DNA from: an uncultured Candidatus Saccharibacteria bacterium
GTDB taxonomy: Bacteria > Patescibacteriota > Doudnabacteria > UBA920
Reading direction: 5' to 3'
NCBI GenBank assembly: GCA_964372905.1
Contig: CAYJQY010000005.1
Span: 230 to 64,229, forward strand
DNA length: 64,000 bases
Shown: in pieces, positions 55,698 through 64,000 of the stretch
Position numbering within the stretch: position 1 is the stretch's first letter
Layout of the letters: each line of letters begins with the position of its first letter
Notes under the pieces: model-generated
The model's input: the letters and a program-made list of their open reading frames with translations, nothing else
Databases searched by the model: none
Told to the model about the DNA's origin: nothing
Position numbers and translations under genes: made by a program

Positions 55698-56846
55698 CTA
55701 TATAAACATGTAAAGCAGGCTGAACAGGGCGGCCAGCAAAAATAATACGGTAAAACTGCCAGTTAGGCTAAACAGAATAATGCCCAGCACGCAGGCCAAC
55801 AGCTTGCCGATGGCCAAACTCTGCTCAAAAAAAACAGAGTAAGGTATAATTTGCGTGGCTTCGGCCCGTTCGTAGGTAAGCGTGGACAGCGGAATGAACA
55901 CTGTGTCTTTACTGGTGCGGGACAGCGCATCTATGGCAAATACGCCCCAAAAACCCGTGGCCAAGTAGCGGGCAATCCAGACCAAAAAATAAAAAAACGA
56001 TCCGATTTTTATAAGTTCGCGCTTATTGTATTTATCGGAAATTTTACCGATGTACAGGGCCAAAACCGTGGCTGCTAAAGTGGCCAGGGTTACCAGCGTG
56101 CCGGTTTCCTGATAATCTTTTATGACCACAAAAATGAAGATGGGCCAAACGGTAAGCACCAGCATCTCTTCGCCAAAACCCACATAGCCCAAAAATTTTA
56201 AAGGAAAGGTTTTGTAAAGCCTCAAGGTGTCGCGAAACTGGTAGAGTTTCGGCACAAACACTTCCCGCTTAATGAACAGCGGCAAAAACGAGCAGGAATA
56301 AATTATAGAGGCCACGGCGAAAGTAATGCGCACGCCGAAGCGCTCGGACAAAAATCCGCCAATGAACGGACCCGCTATCATAGTAAGGTTAACAATGGCA
56401 TAGAGCACGGAAAATTCCCGGGCGCGCTGCTCATCGCGGGCAAAACGCGATACGCTGGCATGGAAAGCCGGCCAGAACAAAGATTTTTCAATGGCGAAAG
56501 CCACGGGCGCGAAATAAAGCAAGGTCAAATTGTTCTCGGAACCAAACAGCAAAATCCAATAAATTATTTGAAACGGGATGCTGAATGCGATGGCATGATA
56601 GTAGCCATAGCGGCTGGCTATGCGCGCGCCGAACGGAATAAAAATTATATAAAGCGCGTAAATCGCGCCCATAAACCACAATACCTCCTGCACCGTAAAA
56701 TGCAGGACGCTGTAGAGAAAAATCGGCTCGAACAACAGCACTATGGCAATGGCCAAATCGGCGATGGCTGTGGAAGCATAGAGTTCGGAAATTTGCGTTC
56801 TGACGCTGCGGGCAAAATAAGCGGGCAGGCGAAGTTTGGTGGTCAT
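55698..56846 (-). CDS. MFS-type membrane transporter
   Basis: About 12 predicted TM helices; 382 aa. Confidence 0.6.
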   Translation of the reverse strand: MTTKLRLPAYFARSVRTQISELYASTAIADLAIAIVLLFEPIFLYSVLHFTVQEVLWFMGAIYALYIIFIPFGARIASRYGYYHAIAFSIPFQIIYWILLFGSENNLTLLYFAPVAFAIEKSLFWPAFHASVSRFARDEQRAREFSVLYAIVNLTMIAGPFIGGFLSERFGVRITFAVASIIYSCSFLPLFIKREVFVPKLYQFRDTLRLYKTFPLKFLGYVGFGEEMLVLTVWPIFIFVVIKDYQETGTLVTLATLAATVLALYIGKISDKYNKRELIKIGSFFYFLVWIARYLATGFWGVFAIDALSRTSKDTVFIPLSTLTYERAEATQIIPYSVFFEQSLAIGKLLACVLGIILFSLTGSFTVLFLLAALFSLLYMFI

Positions 56847-57535
56847 GGCTCGACTACTCGAATGTTGTGTTGTTTCAAGACCTTGATGATTTGCCGTTTG
56901 GTCACCGGACCGGATCGTAAAATTTTTACGATGCTGTCAGAAACGCGCACGACCGTGGAAGGTTTGCGGCGCGGCAAACGGCCGGCATCCAGGATAATAT
57001 CGGGGCGATGCTCTTGTTGCTCAAACTGCTTCAGTATGTCTGCAATGCTGTAACTGTCCACGCCGCGCCGCCGCCGGCCCGAGGGGTTTGCGCTGGTAGC
57101 GGTAATGGGCGCGCCCAGCCCTTTGGCCAGGTCCAAGGCCACGCGGTGCCCGGGCCTGCGCAGGCCGATGGTGCCGGTGCCGGCGCTTAATTTTTTCAAA
57201 AATGCCGTTTTGACGCGCAAGGGCAACACTAAAGTCAGCGGCCCGGGCCAAAATCGTTTGGTCAGGCGGGCGGCAATCGGGCTCCAGACGGCAATGCGTT
57301 TGGCATAAGCCAGCGACGGCGCCACAATATGAATGGGCCGGTTGAAGCCGCGCTCCTTGATGCGGTAAATTTTGGCCAGGGCCGCGCGGTTGGTAACAGC
57401 GCAGGCCAAGCCGTAAGATGTATCCGTGGGATAGACCACGGTTTTGCCCCGCTTTAACGCATGCACCAAACTCTTGATAATTTCTTTATGTTTTTTTGAG
57501 TTGTATTTTATGATGATCATGGCAGGCCTCCTCAA
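56843..57535 (-). CDS. tsaC: L-threonylcarbamoyladenylate synthase (TsaC/YrdC/Sua5 family)
   Basis: VVYPTDTSYGLACA…SANPSG pattern. The start may be the internal MIIIKY (57520). Confidence 0.8.
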   Translation of the reverse strand: MRRPAMIIIKYNSKKHKEIIKSLVHALKRGKTVVYPTDTSYGLACAVTNRAALAKIYRIKERGFNRPIHIVAPSLAYAKRIAVWSPIAARLTKRFWPGPLTLVLPLRVKTAFLKKLSAGTGTIGLRRPGHRVALDLAKGLGAPITATSANPSGRRRRGVDSYSIADILKQFEQQEHRPDIILDAGRLPRRKPSTVVRVSDSIVKILRSGPVTKRQIIKVLKQHNIRVVEP

Positions 57536-57551
57536 ATTGCAGCTGAAAATA

Positions 57552-60545
57552 TTATACTACAAGATTCAACAATTTATCCGGAACGAACACCGCGCGCTTG
57601 ACCGCGGCCGCGCCCAACGCGGCCTTTACCTTTTCCGAGGCCAGTGCCTTGTCCTTCACCAACTCCTCTCCGCTCCCCCGCGGCACCGATAATTTATCTT
57701 TAACCCGGCCGTTAACCTGCACCACTATTTCCACGACTTTGTCTACAACCAGCTTCGGATCAAACTCCGGCCAGACTTCCAGTTGCAGTGATTTTTTGCC
57801 GCCCAGCTTGACATTTAATTCTTCGCAAAAATGCGGCGCGAACGGATACAATAATCTCAAAAATATCTGAACGGTTTGCTGGCTCACCGGCTCATCTTTA
57901 ATCTGATTATAAAATTCCATGAACGCGGAAATGGCGGTATTGAAATGATACGCCTCAATATCTTCCTGAACTTTTTTTGCCAATTTGTTTATGGCGCGGC
58001 GTGCCAGTTCGGAATCTTTTTCGCGGTTGCGTAAATCCCTGCCGCGGGCGGGCCAAACTGTCTTGGAACTTTTTCCTCGACCGGCGACCTGATTCTGATT
58101 AACCCAAAACCACACGCGATCCAAAAACCGCCGCACGCCGATAATGCCCTTGTCGTTCCAGCTCACCGTGGCTTCGTGCGGACCCAAAAACAATTCGTAC
58201 ATGCGCAAAGTGTCCGCGCCAAACTTTTTGACGATCTCATCCGGGCTCACCACATTGCCGCGGCTTTTGGACATTTTTTCGCCGTCCGGACCCAAAATGA
58301 TGCCGTGCGGCACGCGCTTGGCATACGGCTCTTTCACCGGCACGCGGCCATCGTCATACAAAAACAGATTCCAAAAGCGCGAATAAAGCAAATGCAAAGT
58401 CGTGTGCTCCATGCCACCAAAATATATGTCCACCGGCAGCCAGCGCTTGAGTACGGCCGCCGCGGCCATCTGCCGGGAGTTTTTGGGATCCGCATAACGC
58501 AAAAAATACCAGGAACTGCCGGCCCACTGCGGCATGGTGTTAGTTTCGCGCCTGGCCGGACCGCCGCAATTCGGGCATTTGACATTCACCCATTTGTCAA
58601 TGGCCGCCAGCGGCGATTCTCCTGTGCCCGTAGGTTCGTATTTTTTTACGGTCGGCAATTTTACCGGCAAATCCTTTTCCGGCACCGCCACAATGCCGCA
58701 CTTCGGACAATGAATTATGGGAATGGGCTCGCCCCAATAGCGCTGGCGCGAAAAGACCCAGTCGCGGAGCTTGTATTGAACTTGAATTTTGCCGTATGCT
58801 TGGGCGATCTCGGGAATGGCTTGGTCAGATGTCATGCCGCTGAACTTTCCTGAATCGTATAATATTCCCTTACCAATAAAACATTGTTCCAAGTTCCTAA
58901 TTTTTGAATCATCGGTCCCATCAGCAGGTTTGAGCGTAGTCTTCAATGGAATATTGTACTTTTTGGCAAAATCAAAGTCCCGCTCATCATGCGCATCGGC
59001 AAATACAGCACCCGTTCCATAATGACCTAATACGAAATCCGCCACCCAAATGGGAATTTCCTGTTTTGTGGCCGGGTTTATGACTTTCACTCCTTGCAAT
59101 TCCACGCCGGTTTTTTCTTTTTCCAGTGCCGTGCGCTGGAGGTCCGTTTTGTTGCGCGCCTCATCAACATACTTTTTAACCTGGTCAAAATTACTGATCT
59201 GCGATTTCAATTGTTCAACAAACGGATGCTCGGGCGCGAGCACCATATAGGTGGCGCCGAAGATCGTGTCCGGGCGGGTAGTGAAAACTGTTACACTGGG
59301 CACGAGCTCATGCAAGATGGCAGGCTCTTTGGCGGCCGTAAAATGGGGCTCCCCGCCTGCTGCTTCCTGCAAACGGCCACCTAGCTCATCATGCAAAATC
59401 TTGCCCTGTTCCAAGGGCACGGCGTAGTCGTTGGGATCACTCAAAATGGAAACGAAACCGGCTTTTCGCTTGATACCGGCGAAATTAAACTGCCACTGGA
59501 ATTTATGGGCAAACGGCCGCGCTTTATCTTTAAATTTTGGTTCGATAAACCCGCCGGCCAAAACCAGTCCGGCAATTTTCCGCGGCAGTTTCTCCAAAAC
59601 TTTCAGCGCCACCGGGCCGCCTAAACTATGCCCGAACAAAATCGTGTTTTCATCAAACTGCTCGTGTTTCAAAACATAATCAACCTGTTCAGATTCACGG
59701 GGGTTATCGGTATTCGGCAGGGCCGGCGCCGACACAGTATGGCCACGCTCTTCCAGTTCTCGTTTCAGCCAAGGGAAAAAATTTTTATCGGGCCGGCCGG
59801 TGAAACCATGCAAAAGCACATAATGAAATTTGCCCGCGATGGGAAACTCAATCTCCGCACCGGTGCTCCTCCCAATCCAATTGGCCTGCTGGAGTTTGAC
59901 CGGCTCCGGCCACTGGGGCAACCGTTTTAAACCGTCCAGCAATTTTTCCGCGTACGCGGTAATCTTCAAATACCACTGGCGCATTTCCTTCTTCACCACT
60001 TGCGTGCCGCAGCGCTCGCACTTGCCGTCAATGACTTCTTCGTTGGCCAGTCCGGTCTTGTCTTTCGGACACCAGTTTATCAACCCGGTGGCCTCGTAAG
60101 CCAACCCGGCTTTGTACAATTGCAAAAAAATCCACTGCGTCCATCTATAATATTTCGGATCCGTAGTATTAAATTCACGACTCCAATCAAAACTCAAGCC
60201 CCAACTCTTAATCTGCTTTTTGGCGTTTTTCACATTTTGCGCCGTGGAAATACTGGGATGGACACCTTTGTTCAGCGCATAATTTTCCGCGGGTAGCCCA
60301 AACGCGTCCCAGCCCATGGGAAACATGGTTTCAAAACCGCGCATGCGATTGTAGCGCGCCGTGACATCGCCGGCAACATACGGCCGCAAGTGGCCCATAT
60401 GCAAACCTTCACCCGATGGATACGGAAATTCTACCAAGACGTACTTTTTGGGGCGGCGCGATTTATCTTTGGAAACAAAAATCTTGTTTTTGTCCCAATG
60501 CGTCTGCCACTTTTTTTCAATAGTTTTGGGTTGGTACTTTTTCAT
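57552..60545 (-). CDS. leuS: leucyl-tRNA synthetase carrying an inserted ~185-aa alpha/beta-hydrolase domain
   Basis: HMGH…KMSKS class I motifs and an editing domain starting TVFTTRPDT. The extra serine-hydrolase-like segment (GHSLGG) lies between WIGRSTGAEIEF and the editing domain. 997 aa. Confidence 0.9.
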   Translation of the reverse strand: MKKYQPKTIEKKWQTHWDKNKIFVSKDKSRRPKKYVLVEFPYPSGEGLHMGHLRPYVAGDVTARYNRMRGFETMFPMGWDAFGLPAENYALNKGVHPSISTAQNVKNAKKQIKSWGLSFDWSREFNTTDPKYYRWTQWIFLQLYKAGLAYEATGLINWCPKDKTGLANEEVIDGKCERCGTQVVKKEMRQWYLKITAYAEKLLDGLKRLPQWPEPVKLQQANWIGRSTGAEIEFPIAGKFHYVLLHGFTGRPDKNFFPWLKRELEERGHTVSAPALPNTDNPRESEQVDYVLKHEQFDENTILFGHSLGGPVALKVLEKLPRKIAGLVLAGGFIEPKFKDKARPFAHKFQWQFNFAGIKRKAGFVSILSDPNDYAVPLEQGKILHDELGGRLQEAAGGEPHFTAAKEPAILHELVPSVTVFTTRPDTIFGATYMVLAPEHPFVEQLKSQISNFDQVKKYVDEARNKTDLQRTALEKEKTGVELQGVKVINPATKQEIPIWVADFVLGHYGTGAVFADAHDERDFDFAKKYNIPLKTTLKPADGTDDSKIRNLEQCFIGKGILYDSGKFSGMTSDQAIPEIAQAYGKIQVQYKLRDWVFSRQRYWGEPIPIIHCPKCGIVAVPEKDLPVKLPTVKKYEPTGTGESPLAAIDKWVNVKCPNCGGPARRETNTMPQWAGSSWYFLRYADPKNSRQMAAAAVLKRWLPVDIYFGGMEHTTLHLLYSRFWNLFLYDDGRVPVKEPYAKRVPHGIILGPDGEKMSKSRGNVVSPDEIVKKFGADTLRMYELFLGPHEATVSWNDKGIIGVRRFLDRVWFWVNQNQVAGRGKSSKTVWPARGRDLRNREKDSELARRAINKLAKKVQEDIEAYHFNTAISAFMEFYNQIKDEPVSQQTVQIFLRLLYPFAPHFCEELNVKLGGKKSLQLEVWPEFDPKLVVDKVVEIVVQVNGRVKDKLSVPRGSGEELVKDKALASEKVKAALGAAAVKRAVFVPDKLLNLVV

Positions 60546-60558
60546 CGCTTTCTCAATC

Positions 60559-61320
60559 TCATCGTTTTTTTAATACTTGCAGCATTTTTTTATGTAAGGT
60601 CGAATTCGCGGCCAGCAGACTATCGGAATTCCAGCGGTAGGGCTTGCCGTCAATGGTGCTAACTTTACCGCCGGCTTCTTTAATTAATAAACCGGCGGCG
60701 GCCGTATCCCAGGCATTAAGCCCCTTTGATAAGAGTATATCGTACCGCCCTGCTGCAACATAGGCACCTGACAGTTCACCGCTGCCAGTGCGCATAAAAA
60801 TCAGGTTATTTTTCCATACCTGTAATAAAAAATTCTTGCCAAAATTGGCATTTTCCAAGCTGTATCTATTGTGAGACGCGATCCAAGTATGATCTAACTC
60901 ACGTTTGGCAGAAACAGTAAGTTTTCTACCGTTTAGCGAAGCTCCTTTCCCTCTCTGGGCGAAAAACAGCTCATCAGCGATAGGGTCGTAAACTACCGAA
61001 AACTCCAATTGATTGTTACCGATGAAAGCTATGGCCACTGAAAATTGGGCTATGCCCCGCGTGAAAGCGGTGGTTCCATCCAGCGGGTCGATGATCCAGA
61101 GCTGTTTGCCTTGCCGTGCCTGCCCAGCTTCTTCGCTTAAAATACCATGGCGAGGGAACCGTTGCTGGATTCGCCCCATGACGTACTTTTCAGCTTTTAT
61201 ATCATATTCCGTCACCAAATCCCACGTCGTGCTTTTATGGGAAACAGCAAAGTGGGTCCGAAATCCCTGGCGCAGAATTGCGCCGGCGCCTTTGGCTAAA
61301 TTTTTTATGAATCGATCCAT
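60559..61320 (-). CDS. inositol monophosphatase family protein (SuhB-like)
   Basis: WIIDPLDGT and WDTAAG motifs. The start was set at MDRFIKN (ATG 61320); the longer ORF-track N-terminus is a low-complexity readthrough. Confidence 0.75.
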   Translation of the reverse strand: MDRFIKNLAKGAGAILRQGFRTHFAVSHKSTTWDLVTEYDIKAEKYVMGRIQQRFPRHGILSEEAGQARQGKQLWIIDPLDGTTAFTRGIAQFSVAIAFIGNNQLEFSVVYDPIADELFFAQRGKGASLNGRKLTVSAKRELDHTWIASHNRYSLENANFGKNFLLQVWKNNLIFMRTGSGELSGAYVAAGRYDILLSKGLNAWDTAAAGLLIKEAGGKVSTIDGKPYRWNSDSLLAANSTLHKKMLQVLKKR

Positions 61321-61336
61321 AAATATATCTTTCTGA

Positions 61337-62182
61337 TTAAATCCTGAATAAGCTAAGCGCGTTATTGGTAGTAGTCTCGGCCACCTGCTCGTAAGACAAT
61401 TTTTTGATTTCCGCGATCTTGCGGGCCACAAATTCCACGTAAGCCGGTTCATTTCTTTTGCCGCGATGCGGCGCTGGAGCAAGAAAAGGCGCATCAGTTT
61501 CCACCAGCAGCCGCTCCAGCAAAATGCCTTTAACAACTGCTTCGCTCCGCCCGGTTTTATCAAAAGTGACGATGCCACTGCAGCTAATGTAGCCACCCAA
61601 CTCAACAAATTGTTGAGCCAGTTCAAGATTCCCGGTATAGCAGTGAACTTGGAAACGATAGTCGGGATATTTTTGCTTTATACCGGCCATCATGTCCGCA
61701 ATATCCCCGTACGCGTCCATCGTGCCCTTAGTCGGCCGGCAGTGAATCATCAAAACCTTATCAAGCTCGCGGGCCAATTCTATTTGCTGGGTAAAAGCCT
61801 CGCGCTGATCCTGTTTAATTTTTTCGATATCGTCCCCCGGCTGAAAATAATAATAATCAAGCCCGCACTCGCCAATGGCCGCAACTTTGGGATTTTTGGC
61901 CAGCGCTTTATAAGGAGCATAATCGAACGTTTCATGCCGGGTCTTAAAAACATGGCCTTCCTCATTCACCATGTGTTCATAAGTGTGTTCGGGATGAAGT
62001 CCAACCGCCGCATATACCCCCCGCGAGTATTTTTGCGCCAATTCCACCGCCGACTTCGAAGTATCAATTTGCGTCCCGGCGTTAATCATCCACACCCCGG
62101 CATCCAGCGCGCGCTGTATCACCGCCTCGGTTTCTTCCTTAAAGTCCTTAAAATTGACGTGGGTGTGAGTATCAATCAGCAT
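61337..62182 (-). CDS. tatD: TatD-family metal-dependent hydrolase/DNase
   Basis: IDTHTH…GECGLDY…D motifs. Confidence 0.85.
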   Translation of the reverse strand: MLIDTHTHVNFKDFKEETEAVIQRALDAGVWMINAGTQIDTSKSAVELAQKYSRGVYAAVGLHPEHTYEHMVNEEGHVFKTRHETFDYAPYKALAKNPKVAAIGECGLDYYYFQPGDDIEKIKQDQREAFTQQIELARELDKVLMIHCRPTKGTMDAYGDIADMMAGIKQKYPDYRFQVHCYTGNLELAQQFVELGGYISCSGIVTFDKTGRSEAVVKGILLERLLVETDAPFLAPAPHRGKRNEPAYVEFVARKIAEIKKLSYEQVAETTTNNALSLFRI

Positions 62183-62185
62183 TGA

Positions 62186-63634
62186 TTATTCGATTCTTGA
62201 AAATAGATGGGGAATTGCCCTGGTGGCGGGCTGTTTTAACGCGGCGGAAATCTTGTCGCCAGTTTCCGGCAGAAATGGCGCCAGCATCACGGAAATTGTT
62301 TCCAGTTGATACAATAAATATTCGATGTCGCGCTTGGCCGCCCCGGCATCGGTTTTTATTTTCTTAAACGGCTCCTGCTTCTGAATATAGCGATCAGTGT
62401 CCTTAATTTCCTGCCAGATCAAATCGGCGGTTTTCTGGATTTCAAGTTTATCTAAAGTTTTTTTGAACTCGTCGAACATGGAATCTGTAAACAATTCCTG
62501 CGGGGCGCGCACTTCAATGCGCACGCCAGCCGTTGCCGCCATTTTCAACACCCGGCTGACCAAATTGCCCAAGCCGTTGGCCAAGTTCGCGTTATAACTT
62601 TCGACAAATTTTTCCTCGGTGAAATCGCCGTCCTCAAACGTGCTCATCTCGCGCGCCAGCCAGTAGCGAATTGCGTCGGTGCCGTATTTTTCGACCAAAA
62701 CAAACGGATCCAAAACATTGCCCAAACTTTTGCTCATCTTCTCTCCCCCGCTGTTAATGAACCCGTGAATCATTACTTGCGACGAATTCGGCAAGCCGGC
62801 TGACATCAACATGGCCTGCCACATGGCCGACTGCTGGCGCAAATTATCTTTTCCCGCCAGCTGCATCCCCGGCCAAAAAGCCTTGAACGCAGCTTCATCT
62901 TCCGGCCAGCCGATGGTGGAAATATAATTTATGAGGGCGTCAAACCACACGTACATGACCTGGTCGTCATCGCCCGGCACGGGCAGGCCCCACGGCATTT
63001 TGGTTTTAAGGCGCGAGATGCTGAAATCGCTCAAGCCGCCTTTGACGAACTGCTTGATTTCGTTGAAACGAAAATCTGGCACAACAAAATCCGGATTTTT
63101 CTGGTAGAAATCCAGCAGCGGCTGTTGAAATTTGGAAAAACGGAAAAAATAATTTTCTTCCTCATGAATTTCCATCTCCAGGTTGGGATGCAAAATGCAG
63201 CGTCCGTTTTCCAGGTCCGAATCAGTCTTCTCCAGCTCACAGCCAACACAATATTTGATTTTATACTCCTGTTTGTAGATATCGCCGGCCGCGGCACAGC
63301 GCTTCCAAAATTCCTGCGCCGCGGTAATATGGTGCGGGTCAGTAGTGCGAATAAAGTGCGTGTAGCTCAAATTTAAGGCGCCTTTCAGGCGATCAAACTT
63401 GGCCGCGTACTCATCAACGTAGCTCTGCGGATCCTTCCCCGCTTCCTGGGCCTTGCGGTAAATTTTTAAGCCGTGTTCGTCGGTTCCGGTGTTGAAAAAA
63501 ACATCGCGGCCGAGCAGGCGCTGGTAGCGCGCAATTATATCCGCCTGGACAATTTCCAAAGCAAACCCCAGGTGCGGCTCGGCATTGACGTAGGGTAGGG
63601 TTGTGGTGATGTAAAATTTATTAGCGCTCGGCAT
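62186..63634 (-). CDS. metG: methionyl-tRNA synthetase
   Basis: …TTLPYVNAEPHLGFA…KMSKS(L) motifs. Start set at MPSANK (ATG 63634). Confidence 0.9.
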   Translation of the reverse strand: MPSANKFYITTTLPYVNAEPHLGFALEIVQADIIARYQRLLGRDVFFNTGTDEHGLKIYRKAQEAGKDPQSYVDEYAAKFDRLKGALNLSYTHFIRTTDPHHITAAQEFWKRCAAAGDIYKQEYKIKYCVGCELEKTDSDLENGRCILHPNLEMEIHEEENYFFRFSKFQQPLLDFYQKNPDFVVPDFRFNEIKQFVKGGLSDFSISRLKTKMPWGLPVPGDDDQVMYVWFDALINYISTIGWPEDEAAFKAFWPGMQLAGKDNLRQQSAMWQAMLMSAGLPNSSQVMIHGFINSGGEKMSKSLGNVLDPFVLVEKYGTDAIRYWLAREMSTFEDGDFTEEKFVESYNANLANGLGNLVSRVLKMAATAGVRIEVRAPQELFTDSMFDEFKKTLDKLEIQKTADLIWQEIKDTDRYIQKQEPFKKIKTDAGAAKRDIEYLLYQLETISVMLAPFLPETGDKISAALKQPATRAIPHLFSRIE

Positions 63635-63697
63635 AGTAAAAAATAAGGGCCGGGAAAGCCCTTTAATTATAGCTTTTTCTTCACATCTGTACAAACT

Positions 63698-63997
63698 CTA
63701 GTCGGGATAACGCGATGAAAGATTTTGTTCTCTCTCTTCTAATTGCCAAATTAAAAGCTGATTTGTATTTATCATTTGTTGCAAAATTTTCGCTAAATTT
63801 TGCCGGGTTTGCTTGCGGGGATCGAGCTCGTCCCCAACGGTTTGTTCAGTTATTCTGAATCCTGTTTCGGCCAATCTTTGATTAAGCTGAACAAGTTTTT
63901 TATTCAGTTCAGTTTGCTGTCTTCGCAACTGATCCCGTTCCAATAATTTTAGATTTCCCGGCGATATTTTTTCAAGTTCCTGAAAGATCCTATCCAT
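63698..63997 (-). CDS. hypothetical coiled-coil protein, 99 aa (may extend past window end)
   Basis: ORF only; Q/L/E-rich. Confidence 0.35.
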   Translation of the reverse strand: MDRIFQELEKISPGNLKLLERDQLRRQQTELNKKLVQLNQRLAETGFRITEQTVGDELDPRKQTRQNLAKILQQMINTNQLLIWQLEEREQNLSSRYPD

Positions 63998-64000
63998 GTG

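Noticed and set aside
57552-60545. Intein in leuS
   Set aside because: The ~185-aa insert has no Cys/Ser/Thr N-terminal nucleophile, no terminal His-Asn and no endonuclease motifs. It is an α/β-hydrolase fold with GHSxG.
1-64000. CRISPR arrays, IS elements, integrases, rRNA genes
   Set aside because: No regularly spaced direct repeats with unique spacers, and no transposase or integrase-like ORFs or rRNA signatures were seen anywhere in the window.

Overview
This 64-kb window is gene-dense, about 50% GC, and almost every gene is on the minus strand. From 15.3 to 33.2 kb there is a single fused str–S10–spc ribosomal-protein cluster (rpsL, rpsG, fusA, tuf, rpsJ … rplO, secY). It lacks rpmD/L30, several r-proteins carry extensions or insertions (L22, L23, S7, S12), and Shine-Dalgarno sites are mostly weak. 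Together these suggest a reduced Patescibacteria/CPR-like genome; this is an inference, not a database result. Recognisable housekeeping genes include pentose-phosphate and glycolytic genes (rpe, rpiB, tpiA, tal, pgl-like, glpX, class-I fba, tkt), galT, ruvX, htrA, dnaX, glyA, leuS, metG, tatD, suhB-like, tsaC, parB, rpmB, and tRNA-Pro(GGG) and tRNA-Leu(CAA). Accessory content is a low-GC island between dnaX and secY (a TraG/VirD4-like P-loop ATPase plus hypotheticals), a VapB–VapC pair, an XRE-HTH gene next to an unknown 255-aa protein, an arsR–ccdA–thioredoxin redox operon, an ATP-grasp/FMN-reductase/DUF427/DUF3179 cluster, and a truncated DNA-methyltransferase remnant. The most unusual features are non-coding. 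One is a family of about 115-nt intergenic elements inside the r-protein cluster with identical core blocks, a compensating internal hairpin and different perfect 16–19-bp flanking inverted repeats. The other is a related pair of GC-rich elements bounded by different 18–25-bp inverted repeats, one sitting where rpmD normally lies. There is also a promoter-plus-terminator-bounded candidate small RNA, and leuS carries an inserted serine-hydrolase domain paralogous to a free-standing gene in the same window. Coordinates of non-ORF features were counted by hand from ORF-track anchors and may be off by 1–2 nt.
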